IMG/VR virus record: IMGVR_UViG_3300047160_036265
Strand: one strand, 5' to 3'
Length of the DNA: 64,000 bases
Source of the DNA: a virus
This document shows, one piece after another, positions 1 through 9,151 of the stretch (position 1 is its first letter; every line of letters starts with the position of its first letter). The notes below the pieces were generated by a model. It was not told where the DNA came from. It did not search any database and saw only the letters and a list, made by a program, of their open reading frames with translations. Both the position numbers and the translations under genes were made by a program.

Positions 1-156
1 CCCGGTCATCAACCCATTGCAAGTAGCGTTCTGCCGCCAGCCAGTGCGCAACCCCGTCGTTGATCGGCCTGCCGGCCTTCACCCATAGGAAATAGGCGGC
101 AAGGCGGATTTCCTTCTTCGTTGGCGCAGGCAGTTTCTTGGGGGGAGACGACTCAT
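1..156 (-). CDS. partial CDS (N-terminal part; continues past the left edge), DUF2934-like small protein
   Basis: Minus-strand ATG at 154-156 and open frame to position 1. Translation begins MSRLPPKKLPAPTKKEIRLAAYFLWVKAGRPINDGVAHWLAAERYLQW, resembling DUF2934-type proteins. Confidence 0.4.
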
Positions 157-210
157 GCCTCGGCCCGCTCCTTGCACCAATTCGTTGCCATATTCTCCGC
201 TTGGTTGCCA

Positions 211-1563
211 TTATCGTGGCCGCAGCAAGGGGAAAAGGATCACATCCCGGATGCTGGCCTGGTCGGTCAAAATGGCGACCAGGCGATCAATCCCCAATCC
301 CATGCCTCCGGCGGGCGGCATTCCGCACTTCAGGGCTTCCACAAACTCCCGGTCCATGACGTGACCGCCCAGCCCCGCCTGCGCACGGAACGCCACAAGT
401 TGCGCGTCAGGATCGTTGTTCTCGGTATATCCTGGGGCGATCTCCTGCCCGGCCATCACAAACTCGAACATCTCGGCATAACCGAAGTAGTCCTTGCTCT
501 CCTTGGCCAGCGGCACTTCGGTCATCGGCAAGTGGGTCACAAACGTGGGCTGCACCAGGGTTTGCTCAACGTGCTGCTCGTAGTGGTCGTACTTCTCCTG
601 GGGATTATTGCCCGGCAGGTCTGGAATGCGCACAACCCGAAACGGCTTTTCCAGGTCGATGACCTTCCCCTGATACTCGAACTGCATCTTGTCGTACAAC
701 AGCAAGCAGCACTTGCGCACCAGGGACGCCACCAGTTCCATCATGCGTTCGTAATTTGCAAATGCGCAGTAGGCTTCGAGGGAAGTGAACTCCGGGTTAT
801 GCTTCGGGCTGATGCCCTCGTTGCGGAAGTTGCGCCCAATTTCAAAAACCTTGTCGAAGCCGCCGATGAGGAGCCGCTTGAGATATAGCTCCGGGGCGAT
901 GCGCATGTACACGGTCATGTCCAGACCGTTATAGAACGTCGTAAATGGCCGGGCCACGGCCCCGCCGGCACTGGCCTGCATGATCGGCGTCTCAACCTCG
1001 ATATAATCCATCTCGGTGAGGTACTGCCGAATACGCCGGATTAGCAGCGAGCGGTTCTTCATAACCGCCATGACTTCTGGCGTCCACAAATCCTGGTGCC
1101 GGTTCCGGTAGCGGGTTTCCTGGTCCCGAAGGCCATCCCGCTTGTCGGGGGGCGGGAGCAGGGCCTTGGAGGCAATCTCGAACTCGTTGACCCAGATGGT
1201 GATTTCGCCGGTCTGGGTAGCACACAGGTTGCCCGTAGCGACGATAATATCACCCAGGTCCAGGTTCTTGACGAGGGTTCGCAGCGTCTCGGTAAGACGC
1301 TGGTGGTCGAAGGCCAACTGGATATTGCCGCTTGAGTCGGTGAGTGTGACGAAGCCCAGCTTGCCCATGCCACGACGCAGGAGGATGCGGCCAGCCACGG
1401 TGAAGACCGGGCCGGTTTCCTTGTCGCAGTCCTCGGCGTTATAGGCGTGGCGGACGGCGTGAATCGGTGTGAAATGAGCCAGGGGGTCAAAGGAGTACGG
1501 GTCGAGGCCCAGCCCCTTGATGACTTCCAGCTTCTTGCGACGGTCTGCTTCGTGTTCAGTCAT
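211..1563 (-). CDS. lysS: lysyl-tRNA synthetase, class II
   Basis: 450-aa ORF with an N-terminal OB anticodon-binding region and class II motifs (FRNEGIS..HNPEFT, GGMGLGIDRLVAIL); full-length similarity to bacterial LysS. Confidence 0.9.
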   Translation of the reverse strand: MTEHEADRRKKLEVIKGLGLDPYSFDPLAHFTPIHAVRHAYNAEDCDKETGPVFTVAGRILLRRGMGKLGFVTLTDSSGNIQLAFDHQRLTETLRTLVKNLDLGDIIVATGNLCATQTGEITIWVNEFEIASKALLPPPDKRDGLRDQETRYRNRHQDLWTPEVMAVMKNRSLLIRRIRQYLTEMDYIEVETPIMQASAGGAVARPFTTFYNGLDMTVYMRIAPELYLKRLLIGGFDKVFEIGRNFRNEGISPKHNPEFTSLEAYCAFANYERMMELVASLVRKCCLLLYDKMQFEYQGKVIDLEKPFRVVRIPDLPGNNPQEKYDHYEQHVEQTLVQPTFVTHLPMTEVPLAKESKDYFGYAEMFEFVMAGQEIAPGYTENNDPDAQLVAFRAQAGLGGHVMDREFVEALKCGMPPAGGMGLGIDRLVAILTDQASIRDVILFPLLRPR

Positions 1564-1870
1564 GCCCCTATTCTACCGGCGACAGGGGCAGGTTGTAAAG
1601 GAAGGGCCTGCGGTCGCGCTCACGGCACGGAGGACTCGCCTCGCCAGCCGCTTACTCCCTTATTGGTTCGGGAGGAATCCCCGCTCACGTTGCGGCCCAC
1701 AACGGGCACGCCTCCAGCCGGGTAGCCTTAATCGACCCCCTTGATCGGAGAGCCGCTGCTGAGCGCTCGGCCATTGCCGGTCGCACTGGAGGAGTTTGCC
1801 AGTCCAGCATCGCGCCGACACCCGGCCCATCTCTTGGGTGAACCACACCGTCCCCCTTCTCCCTGCTCTC

Positions 1871-2092
1871 TCAAAACAGCAACAGCCCCAGGAGGAATCC
1901 ACCAAGGGTTGCAAGCGAACCCCACAGGACACCTGCCCGGAAGCCATCCTGCTGTGCCTTGTCCCGTATTGCCGTCACAATCAACGCTGACTGCATACAG
2001 CACCGTTTGGAAGGTCGAAGGGCATGGGCAGGGGTCATGGCCTCCGAGTTTTTCGTCAGGTATTTTATTGCCGTGTACGATCCTTCGTCCAC
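1871..2092 (-). CDS. hypothetical small protein with hydrophobic C-terminus
   Basis: 73-aa ORF on the gene strand; no recognisable motif. Confidence 0.25.
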   Translation of the reverse strand: MDEGSYTAIKYLTKNSEAMTPAHALRPSKRCCMQSALIVTAIRDKAQQDGFRAGVLWGSLATLGGFLLGLLLF

Positions 2093-2102
2093 GATTCACT
2101 CC

Positions 2103-2294
2103 TTATGTTTCGTAGCCGTCGTATTTCCCGTAGGTGGGCGGGCATTCTGGACAGCGCCGGGCTTTGTGCCGCTCGAAGCGAACCTTTTGGCGCTTTAAGA
2201 ATCGGTGATAGCGGCTGCCTGACCAGCCATCGGCCTGCTCGACCTTGGCTTTACCACGGCAGTCCGCCCGGCGGGTATTATTGGCCTCGTCCAT
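2103..2294 (-). CDS. hypothetical Zn-ribbon protein
   Basis: 63-aa ORF with a CxxC..CxxC-like arrangement (CPECPP, CRGK). Confidence 0.3.
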   Translation of the reverse strand: MDEANNTRRADCRGKAKVEQADGWSGSRYHRFLKRQKVRFERHKARRCPECPPTYGKYDGYET

Positions 2295-2529
2295 GTTCCC
2301 TCACCATTTCTTTGATGGCCTCGTGGCACGTCAGCGCCAGGACAACGTGCCTCCAGTGGTTGTAGCTTTCCCGGTCGATGTCCTGCCCCGCCCATAGCCG
2401 TTCGATCTCGGCATAACGCTCGGCAGCAGTAGGCAAGGCTGCCAGGGGCGGCGGAACCCAATGATTCTCCCGGCACTTGGCACAGAAGAACATCATGCCC
2501 AGGGCGGGATCATCTTTAAGGAACGCCAT
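2278..2529 (-). CDS. hypothetical protein
   Basis: 83-aa ORF on the gene strand. Confidence 0.35.
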   Translation of the reverse strand: MAFLKDDPALGMMFFCAKCRENHWVPPPLAALPTAAERYAEIERLWAGQDIDRESYNHWRHVVLALTCHEAIKEMVREHGRGQ

Positions 2530-2776
2530 TGCGTTTTGCCTTACTGCGTTCGCGCTTTTTCAATTCCTTGTGGTGCTTGACCGTCTCCTGCAACGCCTTC
2601 GCCCGCTCCTTCTTGGAGGCGTTCTTGGGTACTATACCGTCCGCCCACCACCTGATCCAGCACTTTTCGCACCAGCGGCCAGGAGCGTCGTACTCCACCG
2701 GGCGCTTGTGACAGTTTTCACACAATTCAGCCATGTTACACCGGCTTGGCGAACAAGTCCAACCAATACTCCTCAT
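2516..2776 (-). CDS. hypothetical Zn-ribbon protein
   Basis: 86-aa ORF with CENCHK..CEKC cysteine pairs and a lysine-rich tail. Confidence 0.4.
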   Translation of the reverse strand: MRSIGWTCSPSRCNMAELCENCHKRPVEYDAPGRWCEKCWIRWWADGIVPKNASKKERAKALQETVKHHKELKKRERSKAKRNGVP

Positions 2777-3182
2777 CTACCCCCAGGGCGGAAAGGCCGA
2801 TCCAGTGGAGGACTGGTGTTTCGTCCACGTCGTCCTCGAAAATCAGGTCGGTAGGAGTGCGGTCGAAAAGATGAATGATCCCCCGTGGTCCCTCGCGCTT
2901 TAGCAGCAGCCGGCAGGAACGAATTCCCTTGGGCAGCGCCAGCTTTGGGGCGTCCTCCCCGGTTGGAACCACCCATATTTCCACCAGCAAGCTATCGCCT
3001 TCAAACCTCTTCCCCAGCAATATTCGGGTGCCGACCTGGCAGAGTTTTGAAACCCCGGTGGATACCGGCCTGCCGTCCGGCCAGAAGAAGGAAAAGCCCG
3101 AATACCGAATGCGGTCGTGGGCATGGTCAAGGCAAGCGTTCCGGCGGACCTCTAAGGTTAAGCAACGTCCATGCTCAAACAA
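2736..3182 (-). CDS. hypothetical protein
   Basis: 148-aa ORF on the gene strand. Confidence 0.4.
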   Translation of the reverse strand: MFEHGRCLTLEVRRNACLDHAHDRIRYSGFSFFWPDGRPVSTGVSKLCQVGTRILLGKRFEGDSLLVEIWVVPTGEDAPKLALPKGIRSCRLLLKREGPRGIIHLFDRTPTDLIFEDDVDETPVLHWIGLSALGVDEEYWLDLFAKPV

Positions 3183-3212
3183 TGTCCTTCATCCTTCGGC
3201 CAAGGGGCGACC

Positions 3213-3407
3213 CTACATGAGCCTCCTGGGATGGAAGTTCTCCCAGAACTCCTTGGTGGAAAGGATTTCCTGGTGGTGATCGTGGTTGAGCTTGCCGCAC
3301 CACGGGCAGTACCACTCCTTCTTATCTTCAGGGGCATCTCCGATGGCCCACCACTTGCTGCAATGGTCGCACAAGAAGTGGGCGAGGTTTTCGACAATCC
3401 GAACCAT
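3213..3407 (-). CDS. hypothetical Zn-ribbon protein
   Basis: 64-aa ORF with CDHC..CPWC cysteine pairs. Confidence 0.4.
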   Translation of the reverse strand: MVRIVENLAHFLCDHCSKWWAIGDAPEDKKEWYCPWCGKLNHDHHQEILSTKEFWENFHPRRLM

Positions 3408-3409
3408 AG

Positions 3410-3482
3410 TACCCCGTAGGGGAATTGAACCCCTGTTTTAGCCTTGAGAGGGCTATGTCCTGGGCCGCTAGACGAACGGGGC
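3410..3482 (-). tRNA. tRNA-Glu(CUC)
   Basis: Canonical cloverleaf read from the reverse complement: acceptor GCCCCGU/ACGGGGU, anticodon loop CUCUCAA, T-loop GGUUCAAUUCC. Confidence 0.75.
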
Positions 3483-3680
3483 AGTCTCCTTTCATTATAT
3501 AGTCCTCCCGCCAAGACTTGCACTTGGGTTGCCTCGGTGTAGGCGAGGAGTCGTAGCTGCTGGACCACGGGAGGAATCAACGAAACCACAGAACAGGAAT
3601 CAAACAAAACACAATGAATAGGAGGCAATATATCAAGAAAAACAGCCCAATCCTTCCCCACGACATATTGCGCCCTCTAG

Positions 3681-3769
3681 TGGACCGACAGAGGAATCGA
3701 ACCTCCTTCCCTCCTGGGAGGGGCCTTATGGCGACCCAGCCAGGCGACCTACCTCTAGTCGATCAGTCC
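3681..3769 (-). tRNA. tRNA, class II (long variable arm); anticodon uncertain
   Basis: Acceptor GGACUGA/UCGGUCC, T-arm GGAGGUUCGAUUCCUC, variable-arm hairpin CCCUCC-CA-GGAGGG; 89 nt. Confidence 0.5.
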
Positions 3770-3886
3770 AAAGAAGCAGGAGAAATTAACGATAAAGGGG
3801 TTTCTTGTTGACCACCGTGCTACTGTTACACTACATCCCTCCGAAGAGAGACGCCGGATTCGCACCGGACCAGCGGTTTGGAATTA

Positions 3887-3919
3887 GAAGTAACCCTCAT
3901 CTGCACCATCCTGCTTTAG
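3887..3919. repeat. tRNA-associated repeat family A copy (GAAGTAACCC-N4-CTGCACCATCC)
   Basis: Motif lies immediately 3' of tRNA-Gln on the gene strand. A matching GGAGAAAT...GGGGTTTC half sits about 100 nt away at 3787-3815. Confidence 0.6.
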
Positions 3920-3989
3920 CTGCCCGGCAAGGAGTCGAACCTCGATCTTCACGTTCAAAGCGTGACATCCTACCTTTAGACGACCGGGC
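3920..3989 (-). tRNA. tRNA-Gln(UUG)
   Basis: Acceptor GCCCGGU/GCCGGGC, anticodon arm UCACG-CUUUGAA-CGUGA, T-loop GGUUCGACUCC. Confidence 0.7.
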
Positions 3990-4030
3990 AACATTTTTCC
4001 ATCCTACCAACAAAGACACCAGTTGTAAAG

Positions 4031-4101
4031 CTGACCCGCCTGGATTCGCACCAGGACTAGGTGATCCAAAGTCACCTGTGCTACTGTTACACCACGGGTC
4101 A
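4031..4101 (-). tRNA. tRNA-Gln(UUG), G55-type T-loop
   Basis: Acceptor UGACCCG/CGGGUCA, anticodon loop CUUUGGA, T-arm CCUGG-UGCGAAU-CCAGG. Confidence 0.65.
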
Positions 4102-4470
4102 TCACCAGACCGGCACCCCCTCCTGGTCCAGATTTAAGAACTCGTGGGGGTCAACCGGCTCAACCCCGCCCAGGATGCCAGAGGAATACAGTACCTCACC
4201 CCGCTCCTGGTGACTGCTTTCAAACCACCAACCGTCCTCGTCTTCATAGACCTTTGTTACCAGAACAATCTGGCCCAGGCTGCGGGGGTGACACGCTCCC
4301 ACCAGGCGAACGTACTCCCTTGGCCTCGGAATGTAGCCGTTCTGTGGGTTCCAGGTGCTATAGTGCCGCATGAATGACCCGACAGTTGAAGCGTAGCTGA
4401 GGCACTTTCTTGCGGTGAATGGCCTCGGCAATGTCATTACGCATTCTACCGTAAGCCCGCTCCAACGCAA
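4102..4470 (-). CDS. hypothetical protein
   Basis: 122-aa ORF on the gene strand. Confidence 0.4.
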   Translation of the reverse strand: MRWSGLTVECVMTLPRPFTARKCLSYASTVGSFMRHYSTWNPQNGYIPRPREYVRLVGACHPRSLGQIVLVTKVYEDEDGWWFESSHQERGEVLYSSGILGGVEPVDPHEFLNLDQEGVPVW

Positions 4471-4744
4471 GGGTAGTCGCCAACTGGTCGGTTGTAACCA
4501 CCGTCACCAGCATGTGTTGTGAATCAGGGGCCGGGACAACGGATTCAACGTAAGCATCCCGCAGGCAATCGTCTGCGCAGCCGGGCAGCATCAGATTGAG
4601 GGTGTCCGCCACCTGGGCGCACAGTTGCAGGGCCTTTCGGTTTATGACCTGCTTGCGACCCGCTCCGTCCCAGCGGGGGTCTTGACCGTCACCCGGCCCC
4701 CACTGCTCGCACAACGCCTCTTTTGGCGACTTGTGGAATTTCAC
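4358..4744 (-). CDS. hypothetical protein
   Basis: 128-aa ORF; overlaps the downstream ORF in another frame, so the start is uncertain. Confidence 0.35.
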   Translation of the reverse strand: MKFHKSPKEALCEQWGPGDGQDPRWDGAGRKQVINRKALQLCAQVADTLNLMLPGCADDCLRDAYVESVVPAPDSQHMLVTVVTTDQLATTLALERAYGRMRNDIAEAIHRKKVPQLRFNCRVIHAAL

Positions 4745-5277
4745 TTTTTCCTCTTCTTCTTGGGAACCGGGAGGGGCTTGGTAGCGCTCGGCGGACCAAC
4801 TATTTCATTGGGCAGCACAACATATACCAGCCCGTTCCACTGTTCTCGAAACTTCTCCTTCGACCACTTCCTTACCTTGAGGGCGTGCGTGCCGGTGTTG
4901 TCGATCACTTTGACAAAATCGCCCTCATAATGGACCAGCACCAGCACATGCCCTGGAACGCCAATGGCACAGCCGTAACCATTCTTGCAGGCCCAGCGTA
5001 TCAGGTGTGTATTATATGTTTTCTTGGGCTGAAAATAAAAGGGAATCTTCTTCGCCATCATGGCCTGGACTGCCCGATCCGGGCCAGCGCCGTGCTTATA
5101 GGCAGGATAGAGTTTGTACCCATTCGGCACCTTATTGTGCAGGCACAGCGTCGTCAGGCTGCACCACACACAACTACCATCCTTGTTCCGAATCCTATGT
5201 TCTTGTTTTACATTTACTTGTGTATCTCCTGGGGTGGCGGCAATTGTTACCGCCAGCAGCATCGCCCACATAACCAA
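4741..5277 (-). CDS. secreted protein, possible cysteine peptidase
   Basis: N-terminal signal-like hydrophobic stretch MVMWAMLLAVTIAA; CVWCSL and GYGCAIGVPGHVLVLVHYEG suggest a Cys/His peptidase; lysine-rich tail. Confidence 0.4.
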   Translation of the reverse strand: MVMWAMLLAVTIAATPGDTQVNVKQEHRIRNKDGSCVWCSLTTLCLHNKVPNGYKLYPAYKHGAGPDRAVQAMMAKKIPFYFQPKKTYNTHLIRWACKNGYGCAIGVPGHVLVLVHYEGDFVKVIDNTGTHALKVRKWSKEKFREQWNGLVYVVLPNEIVGPPSATKPLPVPKKKRKK

Positions 5278-5315
5278 GCGATCCTTTCAAATAGAGCCTT
5301 TCTATTATAAGAGGA

Positions 5316-5501
5316 TCAATCCTGCCGTTTCCGGGTGCAGTAAAAGAAAAATCCCAGGGCGACCACCAGATAGAGAATCATGAGGAGGGCGGTGACGTAC
5401 CAAGGAGCCTGAAAGATTTGGTTGCCCGTGAAGTGTGCTGCCTTGAGGCTGACAAACGCCAGCACCGAAACTGCCACGGCCTGAAACAACCGTTGTTTCA
5501 T
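5316..5501 (-). CDS. small membrane protein
   Basis: Start moved to the internal Met (MKQRLF...) so the ORF does not overlap tRNA-Cys; two predicted TM helices. Confidence 0.35.
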   Translation of the reverse strand: MKQRLFQAVAVSVLAFVSLKAAHFTGNQIFQAPWYVTALLMILYLVVALGFFFYCTRKRQD

Positions 5502-5514
5502 CACGACCCCCAAG

Positions 5515-5583
5515 AGTCTCCGGTAGGAATCGAACCTACAAAGAACGAGTTTGCAGCCCGTCCCGCCGCCTTGACACGGAGAC
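5515..5583 (-). tRNA. tRNA-Cys(GCA)
   Basis: Acceptor GUCUCCG/CGGAGAC, anticodon loop CUGCAAA, T-arm GUAGG-UUCGAUU-CCUAC. Confidence 0.6.
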
Positions 5584-5887
5584 ATTACCGTTGACCGCCA
5601 CCCCTGATCCTTTTATATGTGTCCCAGACAAGAAACAGTGTCCAGATCACGGTCCAAAGGGCGACAGCCAACAGGTATATTACAGCATCTTCGGCCTTCT
5701 CACGCCAATGATTCCAATTCATCCTCGCCAAGCATTTGCCAAAACGGGTTTTCCCCACGCATCTGCCAGAACACTCGATATTGCCAGGTCCACCCGTTCT
5801 CAGCCCACTGCCTCTCCAATATGGTCATTTCCTTGCCGCCCCTGCGGCGCAGTGCCCGCTCGCCAATCTCAAACCTCGGCTGCGGGA

Positions 5888-6166
5888 TTATCCTCCTTGT
5901 TCTAGTTTGACAGCTTTCTGTTTCCATTGCTCTTGTTCCCACTCCTTTATGTTGGAGGTTGTGACATAGTAGCGTTGGCCACAACCTAGACACCAACATT
6001 TTTCGGGGTGGAGAGCGCCGTTTTCAAGACTCCGATACATTTTTACAATACCGGGTCCAATTTGCGGGTCATAACAGTAACGGCACTGACCCTCGTGGGC
6101 GTGAAATTCGATCTCCTCCGGGGCAGCTTTATGCCGCAACAGGGTGCCGATCTTTCGCCGCTTCAT
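5888..6166 (-). CDS. hypothetical Cys-rich protein
   Basis: Start moved to the internal Met (MKRRKIG...) to avoid the tRNA-like element; CRYCYD..CWCLGCG cysteine clusters. Confidence 0.4.
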   Translation of the reverse strand: MKRRKIGTLLRHKAAPEEIEFHAHEGQCRYCYDPQIGPGIVKMYRSLENGALHPEKCWCLGCGQRYYVTTSNIKEWEQEQWKQKAVKLEQGG

Positions 6167-6184
6167 GACATTCTCCAAGTGCGA

Positions 6185-6262
6185 CCGCCGGGACTCGAAC
6201 CCAGACTTCAGCTTCCGGTAGCGCAAAGTGCATAGCTGCGTGCTGCCTACTAGGGGTTCACG
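6185..6262 (-). tRNA. tRNA-like element (acceptor pairing unresolved)
   Basis: T-loop signature GGGUUCGAGUCCC and a D-arm-like segment; a canonical acceptor stem could not be built by eye. Confidence 0.3.
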
Positions 6263-6448
6263 GGTTGGGTACTCAACAGCCTATTTCGGACGCCTACTGA
6301 CTCCTTGCTCCCATCGGCCTGTCGGCCCTTTCAGCCGCTCACGGTTTTTAAGGTTGCCCTTTGCGCTGTTACCGATGATCCTGGGGAGGGTTCGGACGGC
6401 CCTTTACTGCTGCCTTTCGACAAACCGCTACTACCTTCGCTATTCACA

Positions 6449-7102
6449 CTACGGTCGCAACAGTTTCAATCGTCTCTTTAAGGAGGAGACGCCTCCTATG
6501 TGTTCCATCAACAACTCGCTGGGGAAATACACCGGGATACGCTCGTTGGCGATAAACAAACCCACAGCCAGGTCGTATGGAAGCGAATGTTTCTCTTGGA
6601 TCAACTTCGTCAGATCATCCACCGAAACATTCTTGCCGTACACCGCTCCATTCGTACAACACCAAACGTGATGCCCCCTTTCGTCCATGTGGTCCCCGAC
6701 AAACTTATTGTACCCCTGTCCTGCCGGGTCTGAGGCCATTCCATTCTTATTGCACAAATCCAAGACCCAAGGCGTGTCCGGCAAATCCAGGTTCAGCAAC
6801 TTATCCCACCAACCTGGCGCGAAAACCACATCGTTTTCCATCACCAGGGCGCAGGTGGCTTTGGCCTGTTGCAGACAGCGGCAGTAATTGAACGCCGCTC
6901 GCTCCCAGCCCGGACGACCCTTTGGCCTGTGGAAGTGGAACTCCACAAAGCCACGATAGCGGTCAAAGTAACTGCACTTCAGTCCGTCCATCATTATATG
7001 GATTGGACAACGTACACCGCCCAGGGCCATAGTCGCCAGGGTTTCGTGTATATATTCGGGGTTCCTCTCATATCCAGAGATTATTACTTGGTCGAGTCGC
7101 AC
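6449..7102 (-). CDS. hypothetical protein
   Basis: 217-aa ORF on the gene strand with ordinary amino-acid composition. Confidence 0.5.
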   Translation of the reverse strand: MRLDQVIISGYERNPEYIHETLATMALGGVRCPIHIMMDGLKCSYFDRYRGFVEFHFHRPKGRPGWERAAFNYCRCLQQAKATCALVMENDVVFAPGWWDKLLNLDLPDTPWVLDLCNKNGMASDPAGQGYNKFVGDHMDERGHHVWCCTNGAVYGKNVSVDDLTKLIQEKHSLPYDLAVGLFIANERIPVYFPSELLMEHIGGVSSLKRRLKLLRP

Positions 7103-7262
7103 GTTTTAACAGAGTTACCGCCGGTCGTCTTCCTCGTAAGGAAGGTAGTCGTGAGCGTCCCGGTAACGCCGGCTGGCACTCTGCTGCAAACTGGCGATGG
7201 TGTCCCTGGCGGCTTTCAACTGCCTACGCAGAGAGGCAACCAGAGCCTCCAGTTCAGCGATC

Positions 7263-7682
7263 CTAGCCTCCTTGTCGCCATTCGTCTCCATCTAAATCCT
7301 TTGTGTACATGCCATAATCACACCCAGCCGTTTCCCCGGTGTAATTGATGAAGTCCACGATGATCGCCCGGTCTACCTCGTCCAGTGCCTCCTGCAAGGC
7401 TACGACCTTGGCCACAAAAGCCATTTTACCCAGGATCGTACCTGTGTGGAAATCCCCTTCCCAAAATCCCGGACTCTCCTCGCACTTCTCGACGTACTTT
7501 TCCAGGGTGTCCCTGATGCGGCTGTCGGATGGTTGCACCCCGCCACACTCGTTCATGTGCTGGTTCCTGGCAACACCGTCGTCCCGCTGGTCGAGGTAGA
7601 CGGTTATGCGTCGTTCCAGGGCAGCAATGAGGGAAGCAAAATCATGAACCTTGTCTCTCCCTGGGGGATCAAACGGATTCAT
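7263..7682 (-). CDS. hypothetical protein
   Basis: 139-aa ORF immediately downstream of the sigma factor gene. Confidence 0.45.
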   Translation of the reverse strand: MNPFDPPGRDKVHDFASLIAALERRITVYLDQRDDGVARNQHMNECGGVQPSDSRIRDTLEKYVEKCEESPGFWEGDFHTGTILGKMAFVAKVVALQEALDEVDRAIIVDFINYTGETAGCDYGMYTKDLDGDEWRQGG

Positions 7683-8362
7683 GCCACACCCATCAGCTTG
7701 CGTAAAGTCTCCAGTGCGGAGCGGTGGGCCAACTGCGCTGCCTGGCGAGTGACCTTGCGCTTGGGCCAGCGTTCCCCGATCTGCTCAAAGGTCAGCGGCT
7801 CATTGTCCTCCAAACCATAGTGCAACCGCAATACCATTTGCTCCTTGGGCGGCAGGTGCTTCATGCCTTCGTTCAGGGCCTCAATGTCAATCCAGGTGGT
7901 ATCCAGACCCACGCTCGCCACCGCCAGGGCATCGTCCACCGCCCCCTGGACCATCTTCCTGGCCCGCTGGGCAGCTTTGGCGGTCTTCACCGTATGGGCC
8001 TTCCCGTAGGGCAAGGCTTTGCCCTGCTCCAGAAAGTTGACCAGCCGGTGGGCACAGCCGGGAATGTGAATCAGGTGACGGCCCTGGGTGATGGCACGCT
8101 CCATCCCATGACGGATGGCCTTGCCGGCGTAGGCACCGTACTTGCCCAGCGACTCATCATAGAGTTCTCGGCAGGAGCGGAGCGCCACATACCCAATCTG
8201 GATGAGATCATCGAACTCCAGACCGGGGAGGCGTCCACCCCAGACCCGCCAGTACATACGGGCCAGGGTGAACACCAGGCCCATGTCCTTACATTCGGGG
8301 TGCTTTTCCAAGTCGATCTGCCCAATATCGAGCTTGTAACCCCCAGGCTTCCGTGTTGCCAT
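7679..8362 (-). CDS. sigma-70 family (ECF-like) sigma factor
   Basis: Region 2-like DDLIQIGYVALRSCRELYDESLGKYGAYAGKAIRHGMERAI and region 4 HTH LPPKEQMVLRLHYGL..LTFEQIGERW. Confidence 0.65.
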   Translation of the reverse strand: MATRKPGGYKLDIGQIDLEKHPECKDMGLVFTLARMYWRVWGGRLPGLEFDDLIQIGYVALRSCRELYDESLGKYGAYAGKAIRHGMERAITQGRHLIHIPGCAHRLVNFLEQGKALPYGKAHTVKTAKAAQRARKMVQGAVDDALAVASVGLDTTWIDIEALNEGMKHLPPKEQMVLRLHYGLEDNEPLTFEQIGERWPKRKVTRQAAQLAHRSALETLRKLMGVA

Positions 8363-8374
8363 TTTGTCGGTCCC

Positions 8375-9151
8375 TCAGTCCGAAAGTAACTCCATTTCTT
8401 CGGGCAGAAGGCCGCAGGTGGAATACCACCATTCGGGCGACTTATCCTTGTGGCGCTTCCACATGCGCTTGGCCCGATATAACGTAACTCGCCGCTTCTC
8501 CTCTTGCTCTTTGAGCCAGTCATCAAACACGAACCGCTCCGTACCGTCGAGGTATTTCAACATGCGCCGGAGCAACCGCTGGCAAATATATTCCCTGCCC
8601 TTGCAGCCCGGTTTGATGCCGTTGCGGTACATCATTTCAAGAGTGCGTACATGATCGGCAACCACAGGATGGTGGCGGATGAAAAGAGAAGTATCGTGTA
8701 TATTTTGCTTCTGCTCCACAAGAAGATGAAGGCGTTCCCAACCAAACCCCACGTCAGTAGAATGACCAAGAGGGTTGACGAGATTGCCAATTTCCAGCCC
8801 CCGACTGAAGACTTCACAGCAATGCCCGCCGATATTCCCATCAGACCACACACAATCAGGGTCATCAACAACGGGATAACCTCGTTTAACCCAAAGCTGT
8901 TTGTGGTCGGGCCGGTCGGGGTGGACATGAATGCAGTCAACTTTAATGGCGAGGTCCGTCAGCAGGCAGTGCCAAAGCTCGACGCTGATTTCGTAGTCGT
9001 TGCCGCCAAACGAAAAATTACCAAGCATCTCGAAGTAAGTGAGATGCTGGCCGTCGCCCACAAGTTCTAAATCGTTCGTGCGGACACAGGATTGCAGGGA
9101 GCCGTGCTTGCTCCCGTCTGGATTTAAGAATCTGTTCTTGACCCTCTGCAT
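8375..9151 (-). CDS. alanyl-tRNA synthetase catalytic-core-like fragment protein
   Basis: SCVRTNDLELVGDGQHLTYFEMLGNFSFGG matches AlaRS QRCVRAGGKHNDLENVG..HHTFFEMLGNFSFGDYFK; GGHCCEVF..LEIGNLV matches GPCGPCSEI..IEIWNLVF. Lacks the FTNAGM N-terminus and all C-terminal domains. Confidence 0.55.
   Translation of the reverse strand: MQRVKNRFLNPDGSKHGSLQSCVRTNDLELVGDGQHLTYFEMLGNFSFGGNDYEISVELWHCLLTDLAIKVDCIHVHPDRPDHKQLWVKRGYPVVDDPDCVWSDGNIGGHCCEVFSRGLEIGNLVNPLGHSTDVGFGWERLHLLVEQKQNIHDTSLFIRHHPVVADHVRTLEMMYRNGIKPGCKGREYICQRLLRRMLKYLDGTERFVFDDWLKEQEEKRRVTLYRAKRMWKRHKDKSPEWWYSTCGLLPEEMELLSD

Noticed and set aside
1564-1870. Regulatory leader (riboswitch or T-box) upstream of lysS
   Set aside because: About 300 nt of noncoding sequence exist, but no recognisable L-box or T-box features could be supported by eye.
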